NCBI GenBank assembly: GCA_004554105.1
Contig: SFNW01000001.1
Span: forward strand, 1-52,398
Direction of reading: 5' to 3'
Origin: Clostridiales bacterium
Lineage (GTDB): Bacteria; Bacillota; Clostridia; Oscillospirales; CAG-272
DNA length: 52,398 bases
Shown here: one piece after another, positions 46,946 through 52,398 of the stretch
Layout: each line of letters opens with the position of its first letter
Numbering within the stretch: the stretch's first letter is position 1
Program-made: the position numbers and the translations under genes
The notes under the pieces: model-generated
What the model was told of the DNA's origin: nothing
What the model saw: the letters and a program-made list of their open reading frames with translations, nothing else
The model's database searches: none

Positions 46946-46980
46946 ATGTATACATTACCACATATTTGCCGCTTTGTCAA
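46946..46980 (-). promoter_or_regulatory. Sigma-A promoter of the precursor gene (TTGACA-17-TGgTAATGT, extended -10) overlapped by palindrome ATGTATACAT
   Basis: -35 at 46975-46980 and -10 at 46952-46957. A 10-bp perfect palindrome lies at 46946-46955. Confidence 0.65.
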
Positions 46981-47047
46981 TACAAATCTGTAAGTTTTTT
47001 ATAAATCGCGGCTCATGCAGAGCCGCTGTCCCGAGCGTCCCCTGCGC

Positions 47048-47076
47048 AAAAAAGCACCCCGAAGGGTGCTTTTTTG
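47048..47076 (-). terminator. Rho-independent terminator after the 429-aa ORF
   Basis: aaaaaagcaccc-ttcg-gggtgctttttt (minus strand), 9 nt after the stop codon. It insulates the peptide cassette from upstream transcription. Confidence 0.85.
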
Positions 47077-47084
47077 TATTGGGA

Positions 47085-48374
47085 TTACTGCGCCAAATAA
47101 GCCTTTGCCATGTCGCTGTAATGCATGATCGAGTAGTACAATACGCGAAGGGCTTCGGGATTGCTCAGCGCCTGTCCCGTCGTCGCCGTGTACTCAAAGC
47201 CGTCAAGGTAGTGCGTCTTCAGTACGCGCGACTGCGCTTCCGTGCCGTATCCGCTGTAGATGTTGATCGTCAGCTTCTGTCTCAGGTTCGCCGCCGACAA
47301 CCGATCCAGCTTGACAATCGGCATACTGCCGCTCGTGTTCCACTCGCTGCTCGGAATGACAACCGTCTGCGCTGCGCCCAGATAGTCGGTATACTCGCAG
47401 ACAAACGTAAGGTCGCTGTAGTCCTTGTTCGCTGTATCCGCAGGTCTCAGCGTGATGTTGAGAACGATCTTATCCAGCAGTTCACCCGTGATCTTCGTCG
47501 CCGTGAAGACTGCCGTCTCGCCCTCTACCAGTTCGTCAATCGTTCTCGTTCCGGCCAGCACCGTATCGCTGCTGTAGTCTGCAAGGCTGCTTCTCTGCAG
47601 CTCTGCAGCAAGGCTTGCGTTGACGAGGTTCGCCGTGTTATAGCCGAAATTGGTCTGCGCCGCCGCACCGTAGTTCAACAGTGCCGCCGCGAGATTCATC
47701 TCCGCATCGCCCGTCGCGCCGAACTCATACAGCTTCGCCGCTATCGAGTTGTCGCTCAGCGTTCTGTAATCGACCGTGCCGTCCGCATTGATGCCGTAGA
47801 ATGTTACGCGGATTGTGTTACCCATGCAGGACGCCGGTATGCCGTCCGCAACATAGATATACGTGCTGCCTTCCAAAACCTTATCCGTAATAATCAGGCG
47901 TCTTGCCTTCGCATCCGCCGTCGGGGACGTGATATCGCTTCCGTCCGCGCTGCAAAGGTCAATGACCGCATAGAACGCTTTATACGCATCTACAGTCGCC
48001 TGGCGTGCCTGAATCTTATACTCGACCGAAGACTTCAGTACCAGCGTCTGCTTTGAGAGAATCGCGCTGTTCTCGGTCACCGCATTCGGGCGAACGATTG
48101 CCATGACGGCTGCGGGCGTATACTTTACGATCGTGTCTTCAACGATTGCATCGCCGGAGCGCATATATCTGCCCGTGACGTCGAGCGTGTACTCGCCCGA
48201 AACCGTGATGCCACTGTAGTCGCCTGCGAGGTAGCAATTTTCCGCCGTATAGGTATGCGCGCCGGAGGAAACCTCAAACGTCCCGCAATACCGGCAATTC
48301 TTGCACAAAGTCGGGCTTTTGCGCCTTTTTCGCCGAATTTCGCCGCAAATCGCCCCGCAAGTCGGGCTGCGCAC
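47085..48374 (-). CDS. Hypothetical Thr/Ala/Ser-rich protein with a Cys-rich N-terminus; start uncertain
   Basis: Long ORF whose composition resembles cell-surface proteins. The N-terminus reads TCGAICGEI...LCKNCRYCG. No signal peptide and no strong SD are present at the GTG at 48374. Confidence 0.5.
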   Translation of the reverse strand: MRSPTCGAICGEIRRKRRKSPTLCKNCRYCGTFEVSSGAHTYTAENCYLAGDYSGITVSGEYTLDVTGRYMRSGDAIVEDTIVKYTPAAVMAIVRPNAVTENSAILSKQTLVLKSSVEYKIQARQATVDAYKAFYAVIDLCSADGSDITSPTADAKARRLIITDKVLEGSTYIYVADGIPASCMGNTIRVTFYGINADGTVDYRTLSDNSIAAKLYEFGATGDAEMNLAAALLNYGAAAQTNFGYNTANLVNASLAAELQRSSLADYSSDTVLAGTRTIDELVEGETAVFTATKITGELLDKIVLNITLRPADTANKDYSDLTFVCEYTDYLGAAQTVVIPSSEWNTSGSMPIVKLDRLSAANLRQKLTINIYSGYGTEAQSRVLKTHYLDGFEYTATTGQALSNPEALRVLYYSIMHYSDMAKAYLAQ

Positions 48375-48419
48375 GGCTTCTTCGGGACAGTGTGCCCTGC
48401 CCGCGCTGCCGTCAGGCGC

Positions 48420-48454
48420 AAAAAAAGAAGAGAGCCGAAGCTCTCTTCTCTTTT
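48420..48454 (-). terminator. Rho-independent terminator after the S-layer-type gene
   Basis: Minus-strand hairpin gaagagagc-ttcg-gctctcttc followed by TTTTTTT. Confidence 0.85.
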
Positions 48455-48469
48455 AATTGGTTTGTTCGA

Positions 48470-51400
48470 TTACTTTACAATCTTGTAAACCGTCATCTCG
48501 AGCGCGCCGTTCGAGTAGGTTGCGGTAGCGGTAAGCTCAACCGTAATCTCCTCGTAGTCAGCTTCTTTCTCGAAGGTTGCAAGGTCTGCATAATCGCCGT
48601 ACTCAACGTCTGCGGCAGGAACGATAATCGTCTTGCCTGCGAACTCGTTGACGAAGTTATCGAATACGCCTGCAGCAGGCTCGACAACATCTACAACCTC
48701 ATCTGCAGCAAGTGCATAGAAGAAGTAGCTGTCTGCGTATTCCTGCATCAGAGCGACATCCTTGTAGGTCTCCTGATCCTCTTCGGAAGCGGAATCAGCA
48801 AGGATTGCGTTCTCGTAGTCGTATGCCTTCGTGTCAATACCGGTAACATCGAGCGTTACAACCTTGATATTGATCTTCGTGACATCGTCTGCGCTGATTT
48901 CGGGATCAGCAAGGCCGATCGACTCACCGTCAACGAAGTTCATGCCCTTGAGGTCAACAACCTTGACATTCTCGTCGTCAGCGAGCTTCTTTGCTGCCTC
49001 GGCAACAGAGAGGACGCCCTCTGCGGCAAGAACACCGTTGTCGTTGAGGTACAGGAGGTCGCCGCCGACAACCTTGTTGAATGCGTCAGCATCCTTGTAG
49101 GTCTCAACGTTAACCGTAACGGCGTCAACCTTCTTCAGGGTTCTGAGGTCGAACAGGTTAGCAACGGTTACATCGTAGGTCTCATCGTCAGCGATGTTGA
49201 TATCGACGTCAACATCGGCAAGAGCTACATAGTAGGTAGCATCTGCGCTTGCGCCGACAGACTTGCCCCAGTCAGCAAGCTTCTTGATCTCATCGTTCTT
49301 GAAGGTCGTCTTTGCGCCCGTGATATCCATCAGGATCAGCGAGGAGTTCGCGGAGAGAACCTTAACCTTGTCGAAGCTTACGGATCTGCTTGCCTTCTGT
49401 ACGCCGGTGCGAACTGCAACGGTCGTGCCGTCAACGAGGACGATAACCGTGTCGCTAGCGAGCGATACACGAGCAGCATCAACATCGTTGTCGGTCGTGA
49501 GCATGTTGGTCTTAACGCTGGTATCCGAGAAGGTCAGAGCCTTGTTGGAAGCAACTGCTTCGGTACCGAATGCGAGGAAGTTGCCGGAGTAGATGTCAAC
49601 ACCGGGGGTGTCTTCAAAACCGTCGGTGTTGCCGGCGAGGTCATATACGCCGTTCTTCTCGTCAACTACGAGGAAGATTGCAGCGCCGGTCAGAGCGCCC
49701 TTGATGTCAACAAGCGCTTTATGATCCTTGTACGAAGCACCGATCATGTCTTCATACTTTGCGAGGGTTGCAACGTCCTTGCTCGTCTCGAAGACTTCGT
49801 CCTCAGCGTCAAATGCGCCGTAGTGGAAGTTCTTCAGCGAAGCAAGCTTCCAGTTGCCGGTTGCCTTGTCGAGAACTGCGATAGCAACGTAGCCGTTGTC
49901 ATCGATGTACAGACCCGAGGTCAGCGAAGCGTTGTACTTGGAAACGGTCAGGCCGAGCAGGTCTGCCATGGTCTCCTCATCAACCGTTACAACTGCGTAA
50001 TCGAAGATTGCGCCGTCGCTCGAAGAAGAGCCGTCAACAACTTCCATGTAGACGACGTTGCCGTCAGCCTCAATGTACTTAACGTTGTTCTTGCCTGCGG
50101 TCAGAGCAGCGGTGAACTCGGTTACGTCGAACGCAGCCAGCTTGTCAGCCAGGTCGCCCGCGAACGCGCCCTTGAAGCCGACAGTCTTGTTTGCACCGTC
50201 GATCTTAACGGTCGAGTTCTTGGAGTTCGCGCCGGTCAGTCTGCCTTCCTTGAAGGCACCGTTGTTCTGCGCAACGGTCAGAATGTTATCAACAGCGTTG
50301 TAGCTGTAGAATACGAAGTCGCCGGACTTAACCGATTCGCCCTCGAGCGTAACGGCCATAGCCTTTGCACCTGCATTCTTGGAAACCGAAGTGGTGGACT
50401 CGCTGACCTTTGCAGCCGACTTCGTCGTTGCACCTACGAGGTACTCAACAAAGTTGGTCGACTCGCCGTCGAGGTTCTTATAAGCGGTCGCATCATACTC
50501 ACCGATGGTCGTGAAAGCCACATCCTTGCTGGTGGTCTGATAACGGAGCGTACGGGTGAAGTACTGACCGAACGAATAGGGCGTGTAGAGAACAACTACA
50601 ACGTCGGCAACGACGTCGTCCTTCGTGTCATCGGTGCCCTTGTCGTCAATGGTAACGTCCTCTTCAACGTAGTACTGAACCTTACCGTTGGAGTTGGTAG
50701 CGTTATCGTAGCCGTCCTTGGAGTCATAGACAAATGCGTCAAAGAACGCATCGGCAGCGGTGTTGGAGAATGCCCAACCATCCTCGGTGAAGGTTGCAAC
50801 GACCACAACCGTGTTCTTTGCGGTGAACTTCGTGCCGCCGAGCGTCAGCGTGTCTTCGGTAGCCTTGATGTTGCCTGCGTTGCCGAGGTTTTCAACCGTG
50901 GTAAAGGTCTTGAACTCAGCGTAAACGACAGCAGCCTCAGACTCGTCTGCATCGGTGCTGTACTTCGCCTCGAAGTCCTTAGCAGCGACGTCAACAAGCA
51001 GAGTTACGGGCAGACCCAGGTAACCTACCTTCGGGGTCTTTGCCGTGATGCCGAGGTCAGCAGCTGCGAGCGTCAGAGTGCCGACTTCGGACTCGACGAC
51101 AACGGTATCGACCTCGTCGTCGTTCTCAGCCTCAACGAACTCGGTGATAACGCCTTTGATCTTGCCCGAAGCGTAGCCCGCGTCCTCAAGGAGGGTAACG
51201 CGCTCAATCGGCTTAGCGTTGGGGTTGCCGGAAAGAAGCGTATCAGTCAAACCGGTTTCGCCGGGGTACAGGATCTTGTCGCTCAGCGGATCGACAACTG
51301 CGATCTCGGTGTTGAGCATGTTCCACATGATCTGCGAGGTCTCACCTCTGGTCAGAGGAGCGGTGTAGTTGACCGTCTTTGCAACATCGTCGGTCAGACC

Positions 51401-51871
51401 CAGCTTCTGAGCAGCGAGGATGTAGCCGTAAGGATAGGACATATCCTCGGTCTCGTAGCCGAGCGCGCGGACTGCCATAACGAGCATATCCTGATAGGTG
51501 ATCGGGTCGTTGTAGCCGAAGATACCGTTGCCACGACCTACGACAAGCTTTCTGCCGTAAGCGTAGTCAATCGCGGTGCCGTACTCAACGACATCCTTGA
51601 AGTATGCGCTCGTCTTCTGTGCGTTCCAAACGTCTACCGAAGTCTCTCCGGAAAGCGCCTGAACGAAGAACAGAGCCGCCTGATAACGGGTAACGCCATT
51701 ATCAAGCATCAGATTACCGTTGTCACCCTTCATAATCTTGAGGGCAACAAGGTGCTGCGCAGCGTCGGTATAATCAGCCGTCGTGTCCGCAGCGCCGGTC
51801 GTAATGACTGCTACGCTCAGGATCATGAGCGTCGCCATTACGAGCGAGAGAAATTTCTTGAAGTTTCTCAT
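48470..51871 (-). CDS. Large SLH-domain cell-surface (S-layer-type) protein
   Basis: Signal peptide MRNFKKFLSLVMATLMILSVAVITTGAA. Three N-terminal SLH-like repeats (FKDVVEYGTAIDYAYGRKLVVGRGNGIFGYNDPITYQDMLVMAVRAL and others). About 900 aa of Thr/Val/Asp/Ala-rich sequence follow. Codon usage is strongly biased. Confidence 0.85.
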   Translation of the reverse strand: MRNFKKFLSLVMATLMILSVAVITTGAADTTADYTDAAQHLVALKIMKGDNGNLMLDNGVTRYQAALFFVQALSGETSVDVWNAQKTSAYFKDVVEYGTAIDYAYGRKLVVGRGNGIFGYNDPITYQDMLVMAVRALGYETEDMSYPYGYILAAQKLGLTDDVAKTVNYTAPLTRGETSQIMWNMLNTEIAVVDPLSDKILYPGETGLTDTLLSGNPNAKPIERVTLLEDAGYASGKIKGVITEFVEAENDDEVDTVVVESEVGTLTLAAADLGITAKTPKVGYLGLPVTLLVDVAAKDFEAKYSTDADESEAAVVYAEFKTFTTVENLGNAGNIKATEDTLTLGGTKFTAKNTVVVVATFTEDGWAFSNTAADAFFDAFVYDSKDGYDNATNSNGKVQYYVEEDVTIDDKGTDDTKDDVVADVVVVLYTPYSFGQYFTRTLRYQTTSKDVAFTTIGEYDATAYKNLDGESTNFVEYLVGATTKSAAKVSESTTSVSKNAGAKAMAVTLEGESVKSGDFVFYSYNAVDNILTVAQNNGAFKEGRLTGANSKNSTVKIDGANKTVGFKGAFAGDLADKLAAFDVTEFTAALTAGKNNVKYIEADGNVVYMEVVDGSSSSDGAIFDYAVVTVDEETMADLLGLTVSKYNASLTSGLYIDDNGYVAIAVLDKATGNWKLASLKNFHYGAFDAEDEVFETSKDVATLAKYEDMIGASYKDHKALVDIKGALTGAAIFLVVDEKNGVYDLAGNTDGFEDTPGVDIYSGNFLAFGTEAVASNKALTFSDTSVKTNMLTTDNDVDAARVSLASDTVIVLVDGTTVAVRTGVQKASRSVSFDKVKVLSANSSLILMDITGAKTTFKNDEIKKLADWGKSVGASADATYYVALADVDVDINIADDETYDVTVANLFDLRTLKKVDAVTVNVETYKDADAFNKVVGGDLLYLNDNGVLAAEGVLSVAEAAKKLADDENVKVVDLKGMNFVDGESIGLADPEISADDVTKINIKVVTLDVTGIDTKAYDYENAILADSASEEDQETYKDVALMQEYADSYFFYALAADEVVDVVEPAAGVFDNFVNEFAGKTIIVPAADVEYGDYADLATFEKEADYEEITVELTATATYSNGALEMTVYKIVK

Positions 51872-51941
51872 GGTGTGTTCTCCTTTTCAAAATTTTTTGG
51901 ATACCGCCGCCACCTGTCGGTATCGGTTTTATCCTGATGCT

Positions 51942-51970
51942 ATATTAAGCGATGGCGGATTTTTTTGCAA
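51942..51970 (-). promoter_or_regulatory. Sigma-A promoter of the S-layer-type gene (TTGCAA-17-TAATAT) with a ~65-nt structured 5' UTR
   Basis: Hexamers read on the minus strand. The UTR contains the hairpin gataccg-acaggtggcgg-cggtatc. Confidence 0.55.
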
Positions 51971-52054
51971 GTGTTTTTCCCAAGATGTAACCAAACTGTA
52001 ATATTAAACCCTGTTTAGTAATTATTTGCCGCGTTTTTTGTCAGGTTGGCGAAA

Positions 52055-52398
52055 GAAATGGGGGGGAAGGCTTCCCCTCGGGGGGAGAACGCGAAGCGTT
52101 CTTTTAGGCTTCCCCTCGGGGGAGAACGCAAAGCGTTCTCCCTGAGTTTCATGACACTGCCCCAAAATCTTTCTCTGTAAAGAGAAACTCCGTCGCGCTT
52201 AAAAAAGCGCGACGGAAGCATGTCGCGGGACGCGACTGATGAGGGGTAGGACGCGTAAGCGTCCGTCTGCTCGGTTTCGGTCGAGGCTGCGGCAACGCCG
52301 TTCTGCGAACGGCTACCCCTCATCCGGTGCTGACGCACCACCTTCCCCCAAGGGGGAAGGCTTTGCACTCTTTAGGCTTCCCCTCGGGGGGAAGCTGT
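52055..52398. repeat. Array of family D and related GC-rich hairpin modules at the window edge
   Basis: ggcttcccctcggggggagaacgc(g/a)aagcgttct occurs twice. Also present: gcgcgacggaagcatgtcgcg, ctgatgagggg...cccctcatcc, ccttcccccaagggggaagg and ggcttcccctcggggggaagc. Confidence 0.75.

Noticed and set aside
52015-52368. 117-aa minus-strand ORF at the window edge, plus 7140..8417 and 12525..13076 on the plus strand
   Set aside because: They are assembled from GC-rich hairpin repeat modules or run antisense to rplL/rplJ. None has an SD, and the translations are repeat artefacts.

Overview
This is a 52.4-kb chromosomal segment from a high-GC Gram-positive anaerobe. Hand counts on single 60-nt lines give about 62-68% GC in core genes. 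The gene content and repeat flora look Clostridia/Oscillospiraceae-like, but that assignment is inference only. Most of the window is housekeeping or ordinary accessory coding: a MATE efflux pump, feoA-feoB with a Cys-rich partner, rplJ-rplL with an L10-leader-like 5' UTR, and a three-gene oxidoreductase operon. It also holds pyruvate:ferredoxin oxidoreductase, a csoR-copA copper module, uvrB-uvrA, two tandem GH43 paralogs with an SLH-domain neighbour, and a long minus-strand operon (lipoprotein-alr-membrane protein-aspS-truB-pgeF). An ACT/UPF0210 pair and a large SLH-domain (S-layer-type) protein complete the set. One tRNA-Val(GAC) sits beside a lower-GC helicase fragment at the left edge. 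The most interesting locus is a compact, lower-GC (about 53-57% by hand count) three-gene cassette at 44536..46980 on the minus strand. It encodes a 41-aa peptide that is too short for the supplied ORF track and has its own near-consensus promoter. Downstream are an HPr-kinase-like P-loop protein and a radical SAM/SPASM enzyme with an N-terminal extension. This looks like a RiPP system that I cannot place in a named family. Next to it lies an unusual regulator that joins a LacI-type sensor fold to a C-terminal LuxR-type HTH. Other notable points: a probable ATC start codon, hairpin repeats sitting in-frame inside a lipoprotein signal region, and several families of GC-rich intergenic hairpin repeats. 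There is also a truncated Rrf2 gene abutting the cop module, and CopA carries a C-terminal CopZ-like domain with an internal Shine-Dalgarno. No CRISPR array, rRNA, transposase or integrase gene was seen. Many long ORFs in the track are antisense shadow ORFs typical of high-GC DNA and were rejected.
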